64,000 nt of DNA. Source: Camelus dromedarius (Eukaryota). Location of the stretch: positions 95,668,001 through 95,732,000 of the forward strand of contig NC_087437.1 in assembly GCF_036321535.1 (NCBI RefSeq), in the 5' to 3' direction. How positions within the stretch are numbered: the stretch's first letter is position 1; the number at the start of each line of letters is the position of its first letter. Below are positions 54,102-64,000 of this stretch, piece by piece. The position numbers and the translations under genes are program-made. The notes under the pieces were generated by a model. It was not told where the DNA came from and made no database searches. It saw only the letters and a program-made list of their open reading frames with translations.

Positions 54102-54381
54102 CTTGTGTCCTGTGTGAAATTACAATAAATGAAGTCAAGCAGTATTTACTGAATTCCTTTTATATACAAAGCATTTGCCCACATTCTCCTGATAAAGTCA
54201 ACTGAATTCTTCCAGAGAAACTTAGTGTGCACAGAGGCATCACTCCCGCAGAAAATGGAGGTAACTTTTGGCGACCTATTTAAAGCAGAAAAGAGCAATA
54301 ATGAGAGAAGAGTGAGTTTGCTCTATCCAGATGAATCCAAATATACTGCCCAGATGACTGACTAAGTAATGGTGACTAGAA

Positions 54382-54566
54382 CAGTGGTTCTGAAATCTTA
54401 GTGTGTGCGAACATCACCTGTAGAACCTGGTGAACTACTAGAATTCTCTAAGAGTTTCTGCTTCAGGGTGTCTGAGGTACGGCTGGAGGATTATCAGTTC
54501 GAACAAGTCCCTTGGCGATGCTTATGCTGCAGGTCCTGATCCCAGGACCACATTTTGATAATCATG
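54382..54566. mobile_element. MER5-like hAT-Charlie MITE
   Basis: cagtggttctgaaa...atcacctg...aacaagtcccttggcgatgcttatgctgcaggtcc...accacattttgataatcatg. Confidence 0.8.
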
Positions 54567-55481
54567 GGGCAGGTCAACCTCTAGAGTTCTTTAAAATTTT
54601 GAGGCATTGCCTAAACTGTAGAGAGTTACGTGGATGTGAAGATTTTGAAAAACTGTATTCCAGTGACAATAGCATCACTGTAGAGTTGCTGTCACCTTTG
54701 TGGATTATATAACACTTCTTTTCGAATTAAGAAATTGCTTTTGATTCTAGGAGCTGTTTTGTAGAAGAAACAAATTCGTGCTTGATTCCTAGGGCCACAT
54801 GGTATAAGGGAAAAAATAAATTTTGTCTAAGTTTATATATCCTGCAAATATGAACACATAAGATCATATGTAGAATTCAATTATTTGTTTTTATTATGAC
54901 GAAGATTCATCTAAGAGTTTATATCATGCTCTCCTAGATACATGGTCTCATTTTAAGTGTAGTTATTATGGGATTATTTGCCATACTTAAACCAGTAATT
55001 TTCTTTCATAATAACACTGGCTTCTTCTGAAGAAAATGTCTCTGTAGTTGGCTTGCAAACAGATATATTTTTCAACTTTTTCTCTGACATACAGAATTTA
55101 AATAAGTATCTAGATATTTCCAAATATCTTGATATTTGACACTAAGTATCGTAATCATTTGCATTTCCCTTTTTGTTCTTGTATTCATAGTCTTACAGTC
55201 ACTTGAAAGAACACGTCTCTTTTCATCATTCTTAGTGACTCATAAACACCAGTCAAAACAGGAAAAGGATCATTAGATTAATTTAGTCCAACCTTTAAAA
55301 ATTAGACAAGGAAAAGTAAACTCAAGTTCATGAACAAACTCATGAAAATCACTTAAATTGTGAGTCCTAGCTTGAACTAGAAGGCCAATTCTCTCAACAC
55401 TCCTTTGTAATGTTTACCTGACATTTTGTATTCAGATGATGTAATGTTTACTCTCCTCTCCTCGAGATCACTGGAGTTGCA

Positions 55482-55700
55482 GCCATCAAAACAGAGATCA
55501 GCTACCCACTATCACATGACTTGGGTGTACACTGAAGAAGGTCTAAATCTGATTTAAACATCATGCAAGTTTGTGTATGTGTTCATAACTACGTGTGACT
55601 CAGGGACCTAAAATTTGTATCTGTCTCCCTTTAATAGCTTGATCTGTCTCAAATTAACATCACACATTTCGCAATGAGGATGCTCTGTCATATTTGTACT
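55482..55700 (+). repeat. 219-bp direct repeat, copy 2
   Basis: See copy 1; constant offset of 1599 bp. Confidence 0.95.
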
Positions 55701-55741
55701 GTAGTAAATTTGTGAATAGTAACTCCAATTTGATTACCCTC

Positions 55742-56175
55742 TGTGATAGTTTACAAAAATGGCAACAAATTCTTCCCCTCCATATATTGTGACTTTTAGT
55801 AACTCCCCATCAAGAGATGGAATGTGTTTCCCTTCCTTTTACATCAGTGCTGTTCTTGTGACTTTGTGTCTTTGGCCAGTAGAATGTAGCAGAACTGACC
55901 CTGTTCAAGTTATGAGGCTGGGTCTTAAAAGGCCTTGCCCAGTCACTAGGCAAGTAGGCCAAGTCTAGCTGCTGGAAGACAAGAGGGGAGTCCCCCACTG
56001 AACCTTGCAGCTGATCTATGCCACAGGTGTGAGTCCTACCAAGACAAGTTAAAACCTCCAGCAGTGCTCAGTGTCAATTTTCAATCCTTAGAAAGTCACA
56101 AGCTGAATAAATAGTTATTGTTTTAGGCCGCTAAGTGGTGGGATGGTTTTGACGCAGCAATGGATAAGTGATGCA
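55742..56175 (+). mobile_element. MaLR solo LTR (MLT1G/H-like)
   Basis: tgtgatagtttacaaaaatggcaacaaattc...ttggccagtagaatgtagcagaa...ttgttttaggccgctaagt...gcagcaatggataa. Confidence 0.8.
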
Positions 56176-56269
56176 TGCACCTTCTGAAATAAACTCATAA
56201 TTGTCTTTCAAATTGTTTTAGCAATTTGACCTGCTGAGTTTTGCCAGGGCATATGGTAGTGGGCTGTAG

Positions 56270-56625
56270 ACGTCATTTCCCAGCTGCTTTTGTGGCCAGG
56301 TGTGCTTATATAGTCTAGCTAATACGATGTAAGCAGAAGTGGAGTGAAAAATTTCCAGGTGGTACACTTAAAGAAAACCAGCTCAGCCTATATTTCCTCT
56401 TTCCACCTCCCTGGAGGCTAGAATGCAGACAGGAAGATGGCAATTCCTTCCATTGTATGGATGAGGGTGATACTGTAGCACAGAGGGTTCAAAGGAGTCT
56501 GCACTCCCGCGCGGCCTCATTGAGCAGAGCCACCTTCACTTTCTGGACACCAACTTAGACTTCTGTGCAAGAGAGAGGCTTCCGTCTTGTTTGTCATTGC
56601 TATATTTGTCTCTGTTCCAGTAAAT
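56270..56625 (+). mobile_element. Old ERVL/MaLR-type LTR fragment (LTR16/LTR33-like)
   Basis: tttcccagctgcttttgtggccagg...gatgtaagcagaagtg...gagcagagccacc. Confidence 0.5.
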
Positions 56626-58430
56626 TAATAAGTTAAAGTTACTCTCCTTATTGATTAAAGAAAACAATCAAAATGTATTCACCTTAGAATGAAAAATCAT
56701 TGTGTAAAAGCGCTGAATGAAAATAGTAAAAATGCATTGATAGATCTTAGGAGTTTTTAACACCCTGCAACCAAAGCAGAGCAGAATTCCCTGAAAAAAA
56801 TATTATGGTCACAATTTGTTATTTACTGTAGGCACTGGGATAAGCACAAATATGTATCATCTCACTTTATTCTCAAAATAAAACAGGTAAGTAACTTATC
56901 TGATGTCACATATGTACTAAATGATGGAATAATGATTTGAACACATGCATATTTCTGGTTCTAAAACCATAAGCTAGGTGGTCAGTGAGATCCAAACTTT
57001 GCAAAACTTTGCTTGCTACAGAGATTTAAAACCGTGAAGCTCAGAAAACATCCTAGGCTAGGGGACAGCTAAAGCTATTTTCTAGAAGACAAAGTAATCA
57101 ATTAAATTGCTAGTTTTGTACTTTTTATTTGTATGTTTGTTCGAAAGTCTTTACTTGTCCTACGTTTTCCCCAAATAATTATCTTAATTTTCCATTTTCC
57201 CTAGACTGCACCTATCTAATATGACCTAATTTTTTGCAGCAGTATTTTCTGCCATCTTGATGAGCAGCTTGATATTCTGTTTCAAGATGGTAATAATGAG
57301 AGCAAAAAAGCTGGATAGACAATTGTTTATATAGTCAATGCAGTTGTACAAAAATAGCTCTGAATATTGACGAAGATTAAAATTGAATAGTCTTAGATCT
57401 TGGATAAGTTAGGTACCTTGCTGTCAGGGCTAACTCAGAAACTTCTCATCAAATTGTACTGCAATTGTGTGACATCTTAGAGTCCCTGCATTTAGACATG
57501 GCATTCCAAGCCCAGCATTATTATGGGGATTGCATATGTGTGTGTGTGTATATGTGGAGGTATTATTATATATACACATACACATACCCATACACATCTA
57601 TTTATCTACTCTGATTATCAGTATAAAATCAAACTATTAAGAATCTATTGTCCCTCCCTATTAAGTATCACAATGGAATTGCACAGTCTGGCACAATTAA
57701 CTGTTCTGCTCAGGGCCTTCCTATTGTGGGAATAACAGGGTTGTGGCAGGTCAGGTTTCTGGAACATTGTCAGAGTGAGGACAGGAGGCTTTAACAACAC
57801 CTGCCGGTGCTGTGAACAAAGGCTTATTGCATTTATACAGTGGTTTTCATCACAGGGTTGCAGTTAGCCTCAAAGGGGAACGCAGGGCTCCTGTTCATAG
57901 CCCGGGAGAATGCTTCTCTTTTCAAAGCCCAGCATGTGACTCACCTGTATTCAATGTCATGTGCACCACCCTCCTATTTCAATCTCAGAAGGGCCCGAAA
58001 AAGTGATTTTCTATGTAACATCTCCAACCCCCCCTTTGCCCATTGTAAATGGGAGAGATAGTTCTACATAATCACATCTGGAAGGGATTGTCAGATGTGC
58101 AGTGTGACTGAGTCCCCAAATTACTTTCATTTAGAGGGATATTAGACAGTTCTTATTCAGTTAAGATAAGGACAAGCAGCGATGCAAGCCAAATGGAGCT
58201 ATTTAAAGAGAGCATGTAGCTGCTTCTCTGGAGAAGCTGTATTTTTAGCAGGACGGCCCTTAGAAAACATGATTATTATTTTGACAAAATAGCCTCATTT
58301 TCTTTACAAAGATCTGACTGACTGAGTTATTAATTTATTTTTTTTTAATTTAAAAATTCTTTTTTAGATTTCTGGTCTCTCAAAGGGTAGTTCTTCCAGG
58401 CAGCCAGTGCTCCTGTTTCTAATTCCTCAC

Positions 58431-58578
58431 CATCATATCCATTTTCCTCCCTTCAGAAATGTCTAAATGTATTCCCTGTATTGTGGTAGTGTTGTGTAAA
58501 ATGCAACCCGACAGGAATATTTTAAATTGTTCAGGGTTGCACAGTAGAAACTGATGTGACTTGTGTGGGCTGTTTACT
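58431..58578 (-). other. Candidate first exon (5' UTR plus ATG GAT ATG ATG, phase-0 donor)
   Basis: No upstream ATG from the predicted TSS; first ATG at 58442 in strong Kozak context (GAAAATGG); followed by ATG|GTGAGG donor at 58431/58430. Confidence 0.45.
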
Positions 58579-58860
58579 GTGCAGTGTGCACACCTTGGCT
58601 TTTTTATACTCACATTGAGAACGAAGTTGAGGGCTCAGGCATCGCAGGTGGACTCTTGGTAGGTCCCTTCTGACCATTTCAATACAAACAACAAACAAAG
58701 AAACAAACAAGAGCCCAGCGAGAAGACGGGGAACAACAGCGTGGCTGTTTGGCATCGCTGGGGCGTCGACACGGCTGCCTAGGCTTTGTTTCATAGCACA
58801 GAGCAAACCTCGGGAAATTTCCTCATCAAAGACAAAGACACAAGCACAGGGGCGTCTTAC
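58570..58860 (-). promoter_or_regulatory. Candidate TATA-box promoter
   Basis: Minus-strand TATAAAAAA at 58608-58600, 30 nt upstream of a CA(+1)GT initiator-like site at 58578. About 11 CpGs in 58620-58860 against a depleted background; NF-kB-like GGGAAATTTCC at 58812-58822. Confidence 0.5.
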
Positions 58861-59084
58861 TGGAATAGACTCTGAAGGGTGTCAGTGTAAGTGGTTTTGA
58901 ACAAAGGAAAATGAAACAATGTTCACTTTAAGAATCTGAATTACCTCTTGTTTTTCTAATTGAGTAAATGGAAAAAGACAAGAATTAAAAAAAAAGTACT
59001 TAAGTTTAAAGAAAAGATGACGTTAGGAGGCCATGAACACTAGGAAAGAGAAGAATGAAGAGAATTTTGATTTGGCTTTTTTTC

Positions 59085-59320
59085 TTTTTTAACTGAAGTA
59101 TAGTTTACTTATAATATTACATTAGTTTCAGGTGTAAAACATAGTGATTTAATATTTTTATAGCTTATACTTCATATAAAGTTGTTATAAAATATGGACT
59201 ATATTTCCTGTGCTGTACACCTACATCCTTATGACTTTTTATTTATACCTAGTAGTTTGTACCTATTAATGACTTTCACCTGTCATGTCCCTCCCTCCAC
59301 CCTTTTCCCCTCTGGTAACT
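59085..59320 (-). mobile_element. L1 3' end fragment (L1MA9-like)
   Basis: aactgaagtatagtttacttataatattacattagtttcaggtgta...atatttcctgtgctgtaca...ccctctggtaact. Confidence 0.85.
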
Positions 59321-60444
59321 AATCTGAAATTATATCCACAAAATGCTACCATTTTCAGTGAAGAATGGTATTTTTTTTCTTTCATTTCATGAAGAGTTTT
59401 CAGAAAATTAAAATTTAGTGCATGTATTTTAATGCACACAAGTATCTATTATGTATGAGATACTTCAATACTATGATATATATTGTTAAGGCCCTTCCTG
59501 TAATTCAAACAGAACCTTAGGACTTGTATCACAAAGTGTAGGCTTGATTCTATCAGGAATTACTATGGCCTCCCATACAAGGTCATTGTAAAGGCTGAAT
59601 ATCTTTTGCCTCTAGTGATAACATAATAATAATAAAGAAACGAGTGGTCAGATTGGTTTCACTAATAGAGAGATTCATGTCCCAATTGGTGACAGTCTCT
59701 AGATGAGATGGCAAGTCTTAAGATGGATGCATGAGTGTCATTACGTGCATGGTGCATTAGGAGGCAGAATCCTAGGAACAGACATTACCAGCAACATAAA
59801 AATTGTTCACACCAGAAGCATTGGAAGCAGTAGAATCACCAGAAAAAGTTAGCTAGGACAAAGGACATTGTCATCACACCAGTGCAGACAGATGAGTCAC
59901 CTCAAGGGTAGTGGGTGGTTGCTGTTATGATTTTATGCTTTGTGAGGCCAAGGAAACGTTGCCCACTCATGAGAGGGAACTCGGATTTTATGTCAGCCTT
60001 TACCGCCATGTGAAAAGTAAGATACATATGTTATGTAGTAAACACTTGAGTATGCAGTCAAAGAATCACACCTGCCATCGTACCAACAGGGAATTTCATA
60101 ACTTACATATTTCAGAGTGGACTTGACAAATCAAAGCTAAGCGTCTAAAAAAACTTCGCAGAGAAGATGATGTCTCTCAAATTGGAATCTGCCCACTCAC
60201 AGAGCTTCCTGACAATAATGGGATGCAAAGTGCAGGTAAATCTCCTCTTCAGGGAATACTAAATTCCCATCTCATGGAAGATCAAACTCAAGATCATTTC
60301 AGTTTATAAAACCAAAGATTCTGTAACGCTATTATTTCTATGACGATGAAACAACTCGTTTACTCATCTGCATTGTGTATCCGCAGTCTTAATGTACTTT
60401 AACAAAGTGTCTGTTATTTAGAGGAAGGTCACAATAAAGTTATA

Positions 60445-60575
60445 GGCCCTTGAAATTTGAAAAGAACTTAAAAGATGTCTAATTCCACTCACAACCGGTG
60501 CAGAAATCCTCTTGATAATATCCCAGATACACAGTCACCCAGCATCTCTTTGACCACTTTCAGAGAGGGGGAGTT
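60445..60575 (-). mobile_element. Possible CR1/L3 3' end fragment
   Basis: gaaaagaacttaaaagatgtctaattcca...gcagaaatcctc...cagcatctctttgaccactttcagagagggggag. Confidence 0.45.
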
Positions 60576-62824
60576 TGGGAATAAGACCAGCAAGTACATG
60601 GGAAAAGACTAGAAGAGATCCTAGTAGCACAACTATTTCGTGCAGAGAGGCAATCAGGGCCTCTGGTGCATGGAGGAATTGAATGGCGTCGCTTGCAAAT
60701 GTCAGATCATAGACATATTTTCCATTCTAGTGATCCCCTGCCTCTATACAAATCTATGTTTTGTTTGAGTCTTTACCATACCCAATAGAATTTTGCTGTG
60801 TTAAATACAAATGTTCTGCAGCTTAAAAACTCTTTATTTCTGGATCTCAATTTCTGTTCTATGAAGTGCTGGTTGACTTTATAAATTCTCAAATTAGAAA
60901 TTCTACACAAAAATAATTCAGTGAAATGGTCCTTATGTCTGACTTTCACCTCATTCACTCCATGCTCTTCTCATTTATTTGGGCCATTCTGTTAAGTGGT
61001 TCACAAATATGTCAATGAATGCCATTAATTTTTATGTCACTTTTAGGTTATCCTCAGATTTCACTACCAGTAATAGAAAATCTCCCAAAAGAATTTTTCT
61101 TTCTTGTTTTTATTCTCTAGTGATCATGGGAGAACGTGATTTTCCTGTTATTGCATATGCATATAATTGGCTTAAGTACTGTGGTAATTGTGTAGTTAAG
61201 GCATTATTGTGCTGTTGGTCTAAAAATAAAGAGGTTAACCTCTTGTATAATTATATTGTTATATATGTGAGGCAAGCCACGCTTAACAAGTGAAATAATT
61301 TTTTGTCTATCACACTTCCTATACAATCCGTTGTTTTTGATTAAGATCAGCCATTCAGATTAAAGACTTGAACCAAATGGAAAGTTGGAATGGGTCTTTT
61401 GGGCTTGGTGATAGTCACAAAGGAAGTGGGAAAACCAAAGAATAGCTCAGAATGGTGAGAAAATACCTCCTGCTCTCCATGGGAAAGCAGGCAGCCACAG
61501 GGAAGAAAGCCAAGAAAGGTGTCTGTGAAGTTGCAAGAGACTTTCAGGGCTGGGGGGCAACTGATGTTGAATGAGAGCTTGTTCTTTGAAAACAAGACTG
61601 TAAGTTTTTAGCAATTTTTGTCATCAGCTGCTATTTGCTCTTTGCTCGCTGAGTTTCTAGGATTCCTTTCCATTAACTGTAACATTAAGAGCTTCTTCTA
61701 AGTATCTATAACCACCCGCAGAAGGCTTGGTGCTTCAACATTTGAATATTTCTTAGTATTTATCTTTCATCATGGAGAATGTACCCTTTTTTTTCATTGC
61801 TGAGAATTGTTATTTTTCAGGCTTCAAAGTCTATTCCTTGATGTAGAACTGTACATCCGCCAAACTGATAACATTAAGATGTGAAAGTATGTCTTATGGT
61901 AACTGTCAAAAGGTTATGTCCATGTGTCAGAAGATTGTAAACTGATAATGTCATTTTTCAGGGTTCAAATGGTTTAAGGAAGTCTTGATTACTGAATAAA
62001 ATCATTCAATGACAGTTTAATAACATTGAGTAAAATAGAACCAGGAACAGTGCTTGACACAAGTGTTACATATTATCACTGCTACTTTTCTTCTTATTAT
62101 ATTAATCAAAAGAGAAAAGACCTGAGAAAAATAGTCACATATTTAATCAGAAAGCAACAACACATTTTCATTTATAGTTCAGGAAATTTTGAGAGTATCT
62201 TAACAATAATGACAAGGAATATCCACTGCTCTGTTGGAGCTGCCTATACTGCAGTGTAAATAAATTGGCTAAATTTGCCATCAGGGGTTTGGGTTGAAAA
62301 GTTAATACCATTACCATTAGCTGGCTATGGGGATTTTGAAGTATATCCCTAAACTGCACTGAGCCTATTTTCCCATTTCTCATGTAGCTAATGTGGTGAA
62401 TACTTCTCAGGGTCATTGTGGAAGAAACTGAGAAAATGCAGCAGTTCAGTAAATATTACAGGATTCCATCAGTTTCAACATACTGCCTTAAATTTTAGAG
62501 TTGCCAATCATGACAAAAAGAGCATCGATTGAACTCGTGTTAGATAATCATTAAGCACCTTTACTGTTAATCACCTTAGAGGACTAATCTAAATTAGAAA
62601 TTGAGATTTGAGTTTTAATTCATGGTATATGATACATAAACTTAGACCAGGCTATATCTGAGAAAAGCATCACTAATAATTGTAAAATTATCATACAAAC
62701 TTCCTAAGCTCAAAATAGAAATTACCTTTGAAAGTGAAAGAAGCTGATCTTCTGAGTCAAGGACTGGAGAGTTTCATCAACCCCAGAAACAGTCAAGGGT
62801 AACCCTTGACGGTTGAAATAAGGC

Positions 62825-63070
62825 AGGGCTATAGTTGCAGTTAAAATATAGGATGCCCAGTCAAATTTGAATTTCACACAAAAACCAACTTTTTAAATAT
62901 ATCTCATGCCATAATCGGGTCATACTGAAAAAGGACTGTGATTTATGTGCCATGCAATATTTTGAAATATCTTATACTAAAAAAATTATTGATTGATTAT
63001 AGGAAATTCAAATTTAACTGAACATTCTATTTTTGTTTTGTTTCATTTTGTTGTTAAACCTGGCTCCCCT
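62825..63070. mobile_element. MER53-like palindromic hAT MITE
   Basis: Arms aggatgcccagtcaaatttgaatttc and gaaattcaaatttaactgaacattct are near reverse complements; centre ccatgcaatatttt partly duplicated. Confidence 0.8.
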
Positions 63071-64000
63071 TGGCAGGAGACAGGTGATACTGTGTGAGAT
63101 TGTGGTGTGTCCCCAGATGATTCCTCTTCCTGCTACATTTTCAGGATAGAGTAATGGTCCTTAAAACACACCCTGGAAGAAACCCTTTTGTGTTCTCAGG
63201 ACAAATCATTGAGGAGGTTAGATCTCTGGTGCAGAGTTCCTTGCAGTTCAAACACAGACAAGGCCTCCTTGGACAAATTGGTACTTCATCCAATCTGTTG
63301 ATCTCTGTGGTTCTTTTTTATTCCTTTGCATATACCATTTACTTGTCTTAGATTTCCAAAAACACTCTTCTGCTTATTTGAATTCTACTTTACTTTCAAA
63401 GCCACACTTGTCTGTTTGTTCCTGTGGTAGAATGAACACATAATTATCATTTAAATCAAAGCACTTTTAAGAGTAGAGTGGGTCATATTAATTATTACAC
63501 CAGGTGTATAAGGATAAATTACAATTCTTCCATTCAAATCAGGACACATGGTCACCCTATCTCACGGGCACCTCCCCGACCTCTTCCTCTCCTGACTATC
63601 TCACTCCACCATTGTCTGGACCAAGCATTTTGCCATTTGGCATACACTGCCTTCTTTCATGTGAATATTGTTTCATTTCCCATTTCAAAACAGAGTGATA
63701 AATTTGAAATCAGAGACTACCTTATAGTCTTCGTAACTGAACCTTTCCCAGAGAAATTCATACAAAGGAGACATACAGTAAATCTTTGTTGACTAAAATA
63801 TTTTAAAACCCAAAACCTACTGATGCATTGTAATATGTATAATAAAATTCATTATAACACAGGTGTCACTACATGGTGGGTTTGATCATGTCACATAACT
63901 TGCTATGACAAAAATTTGATATATGTGGTTATATACTGTGGCCCTAAGAGCCCCAAATTTGATGGTCAGCTTTTTAGTGTATCACATGATGCAGTAAAAC

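Noticed and set aside
58431..58442. Assignment to NEGR1 because its protein starts MDMM
   Set aside because: The following codons (VRN*) do not match the NEGR1 signal peptide continuation, and as I recall NEGR1 exon 1 is longer and GC-rich. Four residues are not diagnostic.
58620..58860. Formal CpG island
   Set aside because: CpGs are locally retained, but the patch is only about 240 bp and moderately GC-rich. It is reported only as promoter-supporting evidence.
1..64000. The many 60-137 aa ORFs in the ORF track as protein-coding genes
   Set aside because: They are short, overlap on both strands, are low-complexity or lie inside repeats, and many start at non-ATG codons. Only Tigger and L1 fragments resemble known proteins.

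Overview
AT-rich, CpG-depleted eukaryotic (mammalian) genomic DNA, not prokaryotic. Four tRNA(Ala)-derived SINEs resembling the camelid Vic-1 family point to a camel/llama/alpaca origin (inference). No intact protein-coding ORF is visible. The ORF track is noise apart from decayed Tigger transposase and LINE-1 ORF2 pieces. Positions 1-51 kb are dominated by old and lineage-specific transposable elements: about 11 MER34-like ERV1 solo LTRs, four other ERV1-type LTRs (two nested in one host LTR), a MaLR LTR-int-LTR relic, a near full-length Tigger1, L1/L2/MIR fragments and a probable RTE/L4 reverse-transcriptase relic. Positions 51-64 kb are much poorer in large TEs and look regulatory. They hold a 219-bp ungapped direct duplication carrying AP-1 sites, and a minus-strand candidate TATA promoter with a CpG-retaining upstream patch and a first exon ending in a four-codon (MDMM) start plus splice donor. 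I could not name the gene. All repeat family names come from recalled consensus similarity, not from a database search. I found no evidence of a novel multi-gene system.
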